Positions 14,692 through 26,097 of a DNA stretch of 64,000 nucleotides are shown one piece after another; position 1 is the stretch's first letter; the number at the start of each line of letters is the position of its first letter. The notes beneath the pieces were generated by a model that worked only from the letters and a program-made list of their open reading frames with translations, made no database searches and was not told the origin of the DNA. Source of the DNA: Malacoraja senta (taxonomy: Eukaryota); the NCBI GenBank assembly GCA_038087875.1, contig CM075996.1, positions 2,730,001-2,794,000 of the forward strand, in the 5' to 3' direction. A program made the position numbers and the translations under genes.

Positions 14692-15296
14692 ACCGGCACG
14701 GTGGCGCAGCGGTAGAGTTGCTGCCTCACAGCGCCAGAGACCCGGGTTCCATCCCGACCACGGGTGCTGTCTGTACGGAGTTTGCACCTTCTCCCCGTGA
14801 CCCGCGTGGGTTTCCTCCGGGTGCTCCGGTTTCCTCCCACACTCCAAAGACGTGCAGGTTTGTAGGTTAATTGGCTTTGGTAAAATTGTAAATTGTCGCT
14901 ATTGTGTAGGATATGTGCTAGCGTACGGGGTGATCGCTGGTCGGCACGGACTCGGTGGGCCGAAGGGCCTGTTTCCGTGCTGTAGTTTCCCCCACACCCC
15001 AAAGACGTGCTGGTTTGCAGGCACATTGGCTTGGTGTAAATGTAAATTATCCCTAGGATAGGGATTGTAAATTGTCCCTGGTGTATAGGATAGTGTAAGT
15101 TAGTGTATGGGATGATCGCTAGTCGGCACGGACCCGGACAAAGACGTGCGGGTTTGCAGGTTAATTGGCTTGGCGTAATTGTAAGATTGTCCCCAGTGTG
15201 TGCAGGGCCGTGTTAATGTGCGGGGATCGCTGGTCGGCGCAGACTCGGTGGGCACAAGGGCCTGTTTCCGCGCTGTATCTCTAAACTAAACTAAAA
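14692..15296 (+). mobile_element. HE1-like SINE with two tandem extra 3' halves
   Basis: Full head at 14692, repeated aaagacgtgc...gggatcgctggtcggc segments, ctaaa tail. Confidence 0.88.
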
Positions 15297-15429
15297 AAAC
15301 GAAAAACCTCCGTATAAAATAAAGAACCTGCCCTGCACATCTCCTTTAAACTTTCCCCTCCCGCCTTAAAGCTGCGCGCTTTTTGTATTTGATGTTTCCA
15401 TCCAGGGAAATATATTATGGTTGTCTACA

Positions 15430-15985
15430 AGGGTCGCCAACTTCCTCACTCCCAAATCAGGGACAAAATGGTCAAAATACGGGACAACTTCCCGACGGCA
15501 ATTCGTTGAGCGACTCGGCCGTGGCTGGGTGAATAATGAGTTGGCCCCGGGTGCTGGACTGCACACAAAGCCCAGCCGGCGGGGGCCAGCTGAGGAGTTT
15601 TGGCCCGGGGGCCGCATGACGTCACGCGCCCCGTCCAACTCATGAGCCGATGATCGGCCGTGAGAAGGAGGGGTGGTGGTGGTGGTGGTGGTGTCGGCGG
15701 TAAGCGAAGGTCTGAAGGTTGGACAGGTGGGCCGGGCTGCCGACCGACCGACGGGGCCACGGGCGAGGCGCTGCTGCTGCTGCTGCTGCTGCTGCTGCAC
15801 TCCACGGGCTGCACTACGTCGGGACGGGTGAGGCGGGGTCGGACGCGGCGCTCCGACCCGACAGTCCCCCTCGACCCGAGTAGTAGCGGTCAAATACGCG
15901 GGGACAAGGGCTGTCCCGTACGGGACAAACCAATTTAGCCCAATATACGGGATGTCCCGGCTAATACGGGACAGTTGGCAACCCT
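15430..15985. mobile_element. Non-autonomous hAT (Blackjack-like) element, GC-rich, inserted in a LINE fragment
   Basis: TIRs AGGGTCGCCAAC / GTTGGCAACCCT (11/12 match) and multiple subterminal CGGGACA motifs. No clear TSD. Confidence 0.75.
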
Positions 15986-16239
15986 ATCTGTGCCTGTGAT
16001 CATTTTATATACTTCTATCATGCTTTCCCCAACACCTCCAGCTTTCCAGAGAAAACAATTCCCGTCTGTCCACCTTCTCCCTACAGGGAATATATCCCAC
16101 AATCCAGGTATCATTGTGGTAAAGTTCAACTGAGACCCAAGTAAAAGTTCCCGGCTCGCCACTACTAGTCTGGTCTACGAAGCTCTCACCTCCCGCCCTG
16201 CTGTGGTCTACGAAGCTCTCACCTCCTGCCAGGTCGCTT

Positions 16240-16449
16240 TACCTCCCCCCTCAACTCCATCCAAGGACCCAAGCAGTCTTTCCAGGTGCGACAGAGGTTC
16301 ACCTGCACCTCCTGCAACCTCATCTATTGCATCCGCTGCTCTAGGTGTCAGCTGCTCTACATCGGTGAGACCAAGCGTAGGCTTGGCGATCGTTTCGCCC
16401 AACACCTCCGCTCGGTTCGCAATAACCAACCTGATCTCCCGGTGGCTCA
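16240..16449 (+). mobile_element. Penelope-like GIY-YIG endonuclease fragment
   Basis: RFTCTSCNLIYCIRCSRCQLLYIGETKRRLGDRFAQHLRSV: GIY-YIG motif with CxxC insert. Confidence 0.88.
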
Positions 16450-17438
16450 CCTCCCGCCAGGTAGCTCACCTCCCGCCAGGTGGCTCACCTCCCGCCAGGT
16501 AGCTCACCTCCCGCCAGGTAGCTCACCTCCCGCCAGGTAGCTCACCTCCCGCCAGGTAGCTCACCTCCCGCCAGGTGGCTCACCTCCCGCCAGGTGGCTC
16601 ACCTCCCGCCAGGTAGCTCACCTCCCGCCAGGTAGCTCACCTCCCGCCAGGTAGCTCACCTCCCGCCAGGTAGCTCACCTCCCACCAGGTGGCTCACCTC
16701 CCGCCAGGTAGCTCACCTCCCGCCAGGTAGCTCACCTCCTGCCAGGTGGCTCACCTCCCGCCAGGTAGCTCACCTCCCGCCAGGTGGCTCACCTCCCGCC
16801 AGGTGGCTCACCTGCCGCCAGGTAGATCACCTCCCGCCAGGTAGCTCACCTCCCGCCAGGTAGCTCACCTCCCGCCAGGTGGCTCACCTCCCGCCAGGTA
16901 GCTCACCTCCCGCCAGGTAGCTCACCTCCCGCCAGGTAGCTCACCTCCTGCCAGGTGGCTCACCTCCCGCCAGGTAGCTCACCTCCCGCCAGGTGGCTCA
17001 CCTGCCACCAGGTAGATCACCTCCCGCCAGGTAGCTCACCTCCCGCCAAGTAGCTCACCTCCCGCCAGGTAGCTCACCTCCCGCCAGGTAGCTCACCTCC
17101 CGCCAGGTGGCTCACCTCCCGCCAAGTAGATCACCTCCCGCCAGGTAGCTCACCTCCCGCCAGGTAGCTCACCTCCCGCCAGGTAGCTCACCTCCCGCCA
17201 GGTAGCTCACCTCCCGCCAGGTAGCTCACCTCCCGCCAGGTGGCTCACCTCCCGCCAGGTGGCTCACCTCCCGCCAGGTGGCTCACCTCCCGCCAGGTGG
17301 CTCACCTCCCGCCAGGTGGCTCACCTCCCGCCAGGTGGCTCACCTCCCGCCAGGTGGCTCACCTGCCGCCAGGTTGCTCTACTGCCACCAGGCAGCTCAC
17401 CTGCCACCAGGTAGCTCACCTGCCGCCAGGTAGCTCAC
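16442..17438. repeat. 19-bp minisatellite (GCTCACCTCCCGCCAGGTR)n, ~52 copies, starting at the CYP exon-2 donor
   Basis: Direct inspection. Confidence 0.98.
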
Positions 17439-17535
17439 CTTGCGGTAGAAGTCGAGGATGGAGCCGAGGAACAGTCTGGGTGAAGGACCCGGGATGTAGA
17501 GCTCCTTGAAGGTGCTGTACGGCCAGCAGGCGTAC
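17439..17535 (-). CDS. CYP3A-like exon 2 (YACWPYSTFKELYIPGPSPRLFLGSILDFYRK)
   Basis: tgcag acceptor, AAG|GTGAGC donor, 97 nt. Carries the proline-rich IPGPxPxxFLG hinge of microsomal clan-3 P450s (CYP3A4: GIPGPTPLPFLGNIL). Confidence 0.93.
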
Positions 17536-17869
17536 CTGCAACGAGAGGGGCGGCAACGATTCACGTGAGGGGCGGCGAGGTTTGGCGGCAGCGGGTAGAG
17601 TAGCTACAGGCCCGACTACGGGCGCTTGTCTGCGCGGAGTTTGTACGCTCTCCCCGTGACCTGCCTGGGTTTTTCCCCCCCAAGTTCTTCGCTTTCCTCC
17701 CACACTCCAAAGACGTGCAGGTGTGTAGGTTAATGGGCTTGGTGGCAAGTGTGAATTGTCCCTAGCGTGTGTAGGGTAGTGTGAATGCGCGGGGATCGCT
17801 GGTCGGCGCGGACCCGGTGGGCCGAAGGGCCTGCGTCCATGCTGTATCTCTAAACTAAACTAAACTAAA

Positions 17870-18083
17870 AAGGTATTGGAACAGGGGCTGCAACCTCACA
17901 CACTCAACCTCCATGTGGAACACAGACTCCTCCGGCCCGCAACGGTGGCAGGCGGCTGGCCAGTCTGCGAACCGCAGGAGAAACTCCGGCCCGCAACGGT
18001 GGCAGGCGGCTGGCCAGTCTGCGAACCGCGGGAGAAACTCCAGCCCGCAACGGTGGCAGGCGGCTGGCCAGTCTGCGAACCGT
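17870..18083 (-). mobile_element. Tx1/L1-type LINE C-terminal zinc-knuckle fragment with triplicated 54-bp unit
   Basis: ACHRCGPEESVFHMEVECVRLQPLFQYL (CX2C-X7H-X4C). The RFADWPAACHRCG unit is repeated three times. Confidence 0.6.
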
Positions 18084-18181
18084 GATAGAAACAGGGATCG
18101 CTGGCCGGCACGGACTGGGTGGGTGGGCCGAAAGGGCCTGTTACCGCGGCTGTATCTCCAACACGACAAGTCAATACTTAC

Positions 18182-18315
18182 AGGCCGAATAGTAAAAGCA
18201 CAAGTCCTCTCCATATCCAGGGGTTGGATGTGATCTCACACAGATAGAGCCAGGGCTCGGAGCTCACCAGCGGAACCAACCAGGGTGGGATCAGAAATTC
18301 CTGGATCAGGTCCAT
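18182..18315 (-). CDS. CYP3A-like cytochrome P450, coding exon 1 (MDLIQEFLIPPWLVPLVSSEPWLYLCEITSNPWIWRGLVLLLFGL)
   Basis: ATG at 18315, 134 nt open, ending in phase 2 at a GTAAGT donor. Starts MDLI like CYP3A proteins and has a hydrophobic anchor. Joins in frame to the next exon. An acceptor-like ttttttaagtttcag lies 7 nt upstream of the ATG. Confidence 0.8.
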
Positions 18316-19289
18316 TGGAAGACTGAAACTTAAAAAAGATTCATAGATAAAAGATGGTCTAATCCACCCGTGCGATCTGATGCATCACTGATTGCTACAG
18401 GTGGTGACGTAGAACATAGGAACAGTACAGGAACAGGCCCTTCGGCCCACAAACCCTGTGCTGGACATGACACCGAGACTCCCATCTGCCTACACATAAT
18501 CCATATTCATATCCATGTCCATCTCCAAAAGTCTCTTAAATACCACTATGGTGTGTGGTATTCAGGAAGGAACTGCAGATGCCAGTTTACACCGAAGGTG
18601 GACACAAAACGCTGGAGTAACTCAGCGGGACAGGCAGCATCTCTGGAGAGGAGGAATGGGTGACGTTTCGGGTCGAGACCCTTCTTCATCTCGACCTGCA
18701 ACGCCACCCATTCCTTCTCTCCAGAGATGCTGCCTGTCCCGCTGAGTTACTCCAGCGTTTCGTGTCCATCTTGACGCCACTATAGTTCAGTACAGTTTAT
18801 TGTCAGGTGTAACGAGGTAAAGTGAAAAGCTTTTTGTTGCCCGCTAACCAGTCAGCGGAAAGACAATACGCGATTATTGTCGGGACGACACGTGATACAT
18901 GATCTGCCCAGTACATTCCAGGCACTCACACACCTCCAGGTAAAAAACTCTCCTTGAAGCTCTGCCCTTTAATATTTGATATTTCCACCCTGGGAAATAG
19001 ATCATGGCCGCCTCCCCAATCTATGCCTCTCATCGTTTTATATACTTCCATCTGGTCTGCACACAGCCTCCAGGGATCCAGAGAAAACAATTCAAGTCTG
19101 AAGAAGGGTCTCGACCCGAAACGTCACCCATTCCTTCTCTCCAGAGATGCTGCCTGTCCCGCTGAGTTACTCCAGCATTTTGTATCTATCTTCGGTTGAA
19201 ACCAGCATCTGCAGTTCCTTCCTACACAAAACAATTCAAGTCTGTCCAACTTATAGCCAATGTATCCCCTAATCCAAGTACCATTCAGG

Positions 19290-20582
19290 GAAACTCTGTG
19301 GAATTCTCTGCCTCAGAGGGCGGTGGAGGCAGGTTCTCTGGATGCTTTCAAGAGAGAGCTAGATAGGGCTCTTAAAGACAGCGGACTCAGGGGATATGGG
19401 GAGAAGGCAGGAACGGGGTACTGATTGGGGATGATCAGCCATGATCACATTGAATGGCGGTGCTGGATCGAAGGGCCGAATGGCCTACTCCTGCACCTAT
19501 TGTCTATTGACAGTTAGAGTAGGAGTAAACGGGTCTTCAGAATGGCAGGCAGTGACTAGTCGGGTACCGCAAGGCTCAGTGCTGGGACCCCAGCTATTTA
19601 CAATATATATTAATGATCTGGATGAGGGAATTGAATGCAACATCTCCAAGTTTGCGGATGACACAAAGCTGGGGGGGCAGTGTTAGCTGTGAGGAGGATG
19701 CTAGGAGACTGCAAGGTGACTTGGATAGGTTGGGTGAGTGGGCAAATGCATGGCAGATGCAGTATAATGTGGATAAATGTGAGGTTATCCACTTTGGTGG
19801 CAAAAACAGGAAAGTAGACTATTATCTGAATGGTGGCCGATTAGGAAAAGGGGAGATGCAGCGAGACCTGGGTGTCATGGTACACCAGTCATTGAAAGTA
19901 GGCATGCAGGTGCAGCAGGCAGTGAAGAAAGCGAATGGTATGTTAGCTTTCATAGCAAAAGGATTTGAGTATAAGAGCAGGGAGGTTCTACTGCAGTTGT
20001 ACAGGGTCTTGGTGAGGCCACACCTGGAGTATTGCGTACAGTTTTGGTCTCCAAATCTGAGGAAAGACATTCTTGCCATAGAGGGAGTACAGAGAAGGTT
20101 CACCAGACTGATTCCTGGGATGGCAGGACTTTCATATGAAGAAAGACTGGATAGACTCGGCTTGTACTCGCTAGAATTTAGAAGATTGAGGGGGGATCTT
20201 ATAGAAACTTACAAGATTCTTAAGGGGTTGGACAAGCTAGATGCAGGAAGATTATTCCCAATGTTGGGGAAGTCCAGAACAAGGGGTCACAGTTTAAGGA
20301 TAAGGGAAGTCTTTTAGGACCGAGATGGGAAAATCATTTTTCACACAGAGAGTGGTGAATCTGTGGAATTCTCTGCCACAGAAGGTAGATGAGGCCAGTT
20401 CATTGGCTATATTTAAGAGGGAGTTAGATGTGGCCCTTGTGGCTAAAGGGATCAGGGGGTATGGAGAGAAGGCAGGTACAGGATACTGATTGGGGATGAT
20501 CAGCCATGATCATATTGAATGGCGGTGCAGGCTCGAAGGGCCGAATGGCCTACTCCTGCACCTATTTTCTATGTTTCTATGA
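19290..20582 (+). mobile_element. Two tandem CR1-type LINE fragments, the second (~1.07 kb) containing reverse transcriptase sequence
   Basis: [22 protein letters not shown]...KFADDTKL...LVRPHLEYCVQFWSP. Frameshifts near 19680 and 20305 make it non-functional. Confidence 0.95.
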
Positions 20583-20999
20583 CTGTGTACGACTGTTTGC
20601 GTTTGCAGGAATTCATCGGGGTGTGGGTGGGGGAGGGGGTGTTGGGGGGTGTTGCTTGGGACATGATCAACCTTTGCTTTTAACGCAGAAGCGCTGGAGA
20701 ATGCGGACTAAATATAAAGTCCAAGGCCGGGAGACGATGCTTTACAGGGGCCGTTACCTACTCAAGTTTGCTTCCAAACCACAGCTGTTGCAGATCTGAA
20801 TGCGTCGCCTCTCAGCAATGCAAAGCTCTCAGCAATGACTGCAGCAGGGCGGGCGGTGTCGGTGGAGGTGCCCGCGGGCGGGCGAGCAAGCGAGTGGATG
20901 GGGCGTAGGCCTGCGGCAGCTGCACGGGCGGCGGTGGACGGAGCCAACATCGGGCCAGGACCACCCCCCCCCCCCAAACACCCGTATCTTAACCTGACA

Positions 21000-21377
21000 C
21001 AACTTGAAACATATAAGAATGTTAAGGGCTTGGACACGCTAGAGCAGGAAACATGTTCCGATGTTGGGGGAGTCCAGAACCAGGGGCCACACAGTTTAAG
21101 AATAAGGGGTTGGCCATTTGAACGGAGACGAGGAAACACTTTTTCTCACAGAGAGTGGTGAGTCTGTGGAATTCTCTGCCTCAGAGGGCGTGGAGGCAGG
21201 TTCTCTGGGATACTTTCAAGAGAGAGCTAGATAGGGCTCTTAAGGATAGCGGAGTCAGGGGATATGGGGAGAGGCAGGAACGGGGTACTGATTGGGGATG
21301 ATCAGCCACGATCGCATTGAATGGCGGTGCTGGCTCGAAGGGCCGAATGGCCTACTCCTGCACCTATTGTCTATTGA
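21000..21377 (+). mobile_element. CR1-type LINE 3' fragment
   Basis: Same family as 2645-3058. Confidence 0.9.
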
Positions 21378-22615
21378 CCACGTATGAACCAAACACAGCC
21401 CTGAAGTCCCTAATGCACCAAGGCTGTTCGCAGTTCATAGATGGAGTTTGTCGCGTTCAATAGCCTGATGGCTGTCGGGAAGAAGCTGTTCCTGAACCTG
21501 GACGTCACAGTTTCAGGCTTCCCCATGGTAGCAGCGAGATGAGAGCGTGGTCAGGTGGTGAGGGTTCTCTGACGATGCTGGCTGCCTCTTTTATGAGGCA
21601 GCGACTCTGTGGATCCCTTCGACGGTGGGGAGGTCAGAGCCGGGTGAACCCGGTAGCGTCCACTCAATTGCTATTATCTTAACAATTAACTGGAAAGGAC
21701 ATGTATGTAAAACCCAGCGGGTGAGGCAGCATCTATGGAGGGAAGGAATAGGCGACGTTTCGGGTCGAGACCCTTCCGGGTCTCGACCCGAAACGTCACC
21801 TATTCCTTCGGGGTCTCGACCCGAAACGTCACCTATTCCTTCGGGGTCTCGACCCGAAACGTCACCTATTCCTTCGGAGTCTCGACCCGAAACGTCACCT
21901 ATTCCTTCGCTCCATGGATGCTGCCTCACCCGCTGAGTTCCTCCAGCATTTTTGTCCGCCTTCGATTTTTCCAGCATCTGCAGTTCTTTCTAAAACATGA
22001 TAAAGGAAATAACTTTTAGTGCAAGGTAAAGCCAGTAAAGTCCGATCAAATAGTCCAATGGTCTCCAATGAGGTAGGTAGTAGTACAGGACCGCTCTCTA
22101 GTAGGTGAGAGGACGGTTCAGTTGCCTGATAACAGCTGGAAGAACTGCCCCGATGTGTCTCATTAATTCGATAGAGACACAAGGAGAGACACAATGTCCT
22201 CCAATTTGAATTGGGACTCACTCTGACAGTGGAGGAGGCCCAGGAAAGAAAGATTCCCTCTCCCCCGACTCTCAGTCTGAAGGGTCTCGACCAGAAACGC
22301 CACCCGTTTCTTCTCTCCAGAGATGCTGCCTGTCCCCGCTGAGTTACTCCAGCTTTTCTGTGTCTATTTTCGGTGTAAACCAGCAGTTCTTTCCCACATA
22401 AAACTTCCCGTGAATCTGGAGGTGTGCTTGGCAGCTTGATTCAATCCAAGCACATTCTTTGAGGAGTGAAAGGTACGTGACTTCATATCCTTTGCCCCCC
22501 GGCGTTAGATTTTAATCTGACATTTGGATTCACCTCACTTACACCTGTCGCACCACATCAGCCGTCCAAGGTGTCTTACGTTATGAGCAGAAATTAGCAG
22601 AGTTCACATCAACAG

Positions 22616-23546
22616 GGCGCAGCGGTAGAGTTGCTGCCTTACAGCGCCAGAGACCCAGGTTAACATAGACAATAGGTGCAGGAGTAGGCCATTCGGCCCA
22701 TCGAGCCTGCACCGCCATTCAATATGATCATGGCTGATCATCCAACTCAGTATCCTGTACCTGCCTTCCCTCCATACCCCCTGATCCCTTTAGCCACAAG
22801 GGCCACATCTAACTCCCCTCTTCAATATAGCCAATGAACTGGCCTCAACTACCTTCTGTGGCAGAGAATTCCACAGATTCACCACTCTCTGTGTGAAAAA
22901 TGATTTCTCCATCTCGATCCTACAAGACTTCCCCCTTATCCTTAAACTGTGTGACCCCTTGTTCTGGACTTCCCCAACATCGGAACAATCTTCCTGCATC
23001 TAGCCTGTCCAACCCCTTAAGAATTTTGTAAGTTTCTATAAGATGCCCCCCTCAATCTTCTAATTCTGGACCACGGCTGCTGTCTGTACGGAGTTTGCAC
23101 GTTCTCCCGTGACCCGCGTGGGTTTTCTCCGAGATCTTCGGTATCCTCCCACACTCCAAAGACGTACAGGTTTGTAGGTTATTTGGCTGGGTGTAAATGT
23201 AAATTGTCCCTGGTGTGTGTGTGTAGGACAGTGTTAAGGGCCGGTCCCACTTTCAAGACTAATTCACGACCTCTGCTGAGTTTGCCCTTGACTCATGCGC
23301 GCAGCATGGTCGTCACGAGGTCGTAGGTGGGTCGTAGCAGGCCGTGATGCTGGTCGTAGGTACTCGTGGCATCAAGTAGGTCGGGGCGTTTTTTTTCTAG
23401 CCTGATGAAAAATGTCCACGAGTAAAAAAGGTGGTGAATTAGGTGGTGAAAGTGGGACAGGCCCTTTAGCATGCACGGATTGCTGTTCGGCACGGACTGG
23501 GTGGGCCGAAGGGCCTGTTTCCGCGCTGTAGCTCTAAACTAAACTA
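22616..23546 (+). mobile_element. HE1-like SINE interrupted by a minus-strand CR1 fragment (~22665-23065) and a Harbinger MITE
   Basis: SINE head at 22616-22660, body resumes ~23070, tail at 23546. Confidence 0.8.
23237..23465. mobile_element. PIF/Harbinger-type MITE
   Basis: TIRs AGGGCCGGTCCCACTTTC / GAAAGTGGGACAGGCCCT, TTA TSD on both sides. Confidence 0.9.
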
Positions 23547-23894
23547 AGCCCACATATTCAAAATAAATCATAATAAATCAACCTCGAACAACCACACTCA
23601 CAGGAGTTAATTGATGTTATTTTTTGATTTATTAATTCATAGGATGTGTTAGGGAGCAACGGTTTAGTGTAGAGATACAGCGCGGAAACAGGCCCTTCGG
23701 CCCACCGAGTCCGGGTTGGCCAGCGATCCCCCCCGTACACTAGCACTATCCTACACACACTAGGGACAATTTACAGAAGCCAACGTTTCATGGAGATGTT
23801 CGAAGGAGGCAATTCATTTTTATACAGAGAGACGTGAGAGCCTGGAATGTATTGCCAGGAGCAGTGGTGGTGGGGGCAGAGACAATACACCAGT

Positions 23895-24185
23895 TCTGTT
23901 TAGTTTATTGTCACGTGTACCGAGGTACAGTGAAAATCTTTTGTTGCGTGCTAACCAGTCAGCGGAAAGACAATACATGATTACAATCGAGCCGTCCACA
24001 GTGTATAGACACGTGATAAGGGAATAACGTTTGGTGCAAGGTAAAGCCAGCAAAGTCCGATCAAGGATAGTCCGAGGGTCACCGACGAGGTAGATAGTAG
24101 TTCAGCACTGCTCTCTGGTTGTGGTAGGATGGTTCAGTTGCCTGATAACAGCTGGGAAGAAACTGTCCATGAATCTGGAGGTGTT
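23895..24185 (-). mobile_element. Rex1-like LINE 3' UTR
   Basis: Reverse complement of 37590-37887. Confidence 0.8.
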
Positions 24186-25796
24186 TAAGAGGCTTTTACT
24201 GCAGATAGGCACATGGACAGACAGGAAACGTAGGTTATATGGCACGCAGGTGAGACTAGTTTTCGGTGTGAACATGTTCGGCCGATGGGACTGTTCCTGT
24301 GTTGTACTTTTCCTATTAAACAAGCGATCAAGTGCTGGAGTAACTGAGCGGGTCAGACAGCATCACTGGAGAGCGTACTGTAGATAGTTTATCCATGTTC
24401 TCCAGAGATGCTGCCTGACCCGCTGAGTTACTCCAGCACTTTGTGTGGTTTTTTTTTAGTAAACCAGCATCTGCAGTTCCTTGTTTTTGCACTTTGCTAT
24501 GTTCCATCGTGACGGTATGGAAGGATAGAGATCGCTTTAGGTAAACACAAAACTCTGGAGTAACTCAGTGGGACAGGACAGATGTTTCTTCTTCAGATCT
24601 GAAACGTCACCCATTCCTTCTCTCCAGAGATGCTGCCTGAGTTACTCCAGCTTTTTGTGTCTATCTTTGGTGTAAGCCAGCGTTTGCAGTTCCTTCCGAG
24701 AGATGGCTTTAGCTACTTATTGAAATGTGGACATGTTTTTAGAAGGGTCTCGACCCGAAACGTCACCCATTCCTTCTCTCCAGAGATGCTGCCTGTCCCG
24801 CTGAGTTACTCCAGCGTATTAGTGCCTGTTTGCGTTCGACAGGGGTATTTGCAAAAGTAAAAAAGAGGTGAACACAATAGAAAAATCCATGTGAATATAA
24901 CATTCTCACCAGACAATGGAACTACCAAGTAATATTTAGTGAGATGTACTTCTAATGGTCTTCCCCTCCACACTTTGAAGAACAATTGTACCGTGATTAG
25001 ACTCATACCTTAGGAAGTCTGCAGGTAGATCGTTCTAACGTTTCCTGTATTTAAACCGTTTGCCACATTCCAAGTTCATTATGAAGTCATCCCAGAGAAC
25101 TCCTTATATGTAACATTGTGATATCAGGCAATATGAAGACTGTGTGTAGAATGTGGTCTTATAGAGGTGTGCAAAATCATGAGAGGAATAGATCGGGTAG
25201 ACGCGCAGAGTCTCTTGCCCAGGGTAGGGGAATCGAGGACCAGAGGACATAGGTTTAAGGTGAAGGGGGAAAAGATTTAATAGGAATCTGAGGGGTAACA
25301 TTTTCACACAAAGGGTGGTGGGTGTATGGAACGAGCTGCCAGAGGAGGTAGTTGAGGCTGGGACTATCCCAACGTTTAAGAAACAGTTAGACAGGTACAT
25401 GGATAGGACAGGTTTGGAGGGATATGGGTCAAACACGGGCAGGTGGGACTAGGATCATAGCATGGTTATTGTGGGCCAAAGAGCCTGTTCCCATGCTGCA
25501 GTGATCTGTATTAATGATCTAAAAAATTAAATGGCGCGGGACTTGCCATCGCCCGCCGGGGGCTTTGACTTTGACATCGGGAGAAGAATGGAGAGCAGGG
25601 GAGAGACAAGACTTTGCCTTCCATCACAGTGAGGAGGAGATTCGCTGTGATGGATGTTTGTGTCAATTGTGTTGTGTCTTGGTTCTTTTCTTGTTGTATG
25701 ACTGCAGAGACCAAATTTCGTTTGAACTATATTTGAGGTCCAAATGACAAATAAACGGTATTGTATATTCTCTCCAATCTAGATCCAAATCTCCAG

Positions 25797-26097
25797 GGGC
25801 GGCACGGTGGCGCAGCGTGTAGAGTTGCTGCCTCACAGCGCATGAGACCCAGGTTCCATCCAGACTACGGGTGCTGTCTGTACGGAGTTTGCACGTTCTC
25901 CCCGTGACCTGCGTGGGTTTTCTCCGGGTGCTCCGGTTTCCTCCCACACTCCAAAGACGTGCAGGTTTGTAGGTTAATTGGCTTCTGTGTGGGTGTGTGT
26001 GGGATAGTGTTAGTGTGCGGGGATCGCCGGTCGGCACGGACTCGGTGGGCCGAAGGGCCTGTTTCCACGCTGTATCTCGAAACTAAACTGGACTAAA
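25797..26097 (+). mobile_element. HE1-like SINE, full length
   Basis: ggggcggcacggtggcgcag head, B-box, LINE-type tail. Confidence 0.92.

Noticed and set aside
15366..15938. GC-rich ORFs with polyQ/polyL, CpG-island-like
   Set aside because: The GC-rich core lies between the hAT-type TIRs (15430-15985), so this is transposon interior.
11120..18315. Thromboxane synthase (TBXAS1/CYP5) identity for the P450
   Set aside because: The MDLI start, the WPY motif and the 100/114-nt exons 4-5 fit CYP3A better. Not formally excluded without a phylogeny.
19441..20317. Reverse transcriptase ORFs as an active element
   Set aside because: 5'-truncated and frameshifted CR1 remnant.
25797..25870. tRNA-like sequences with A and B boxes (many copies)
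   Set aside because: They are SINE heads continuing into SINE body and tail, without a complete cloverleaf.
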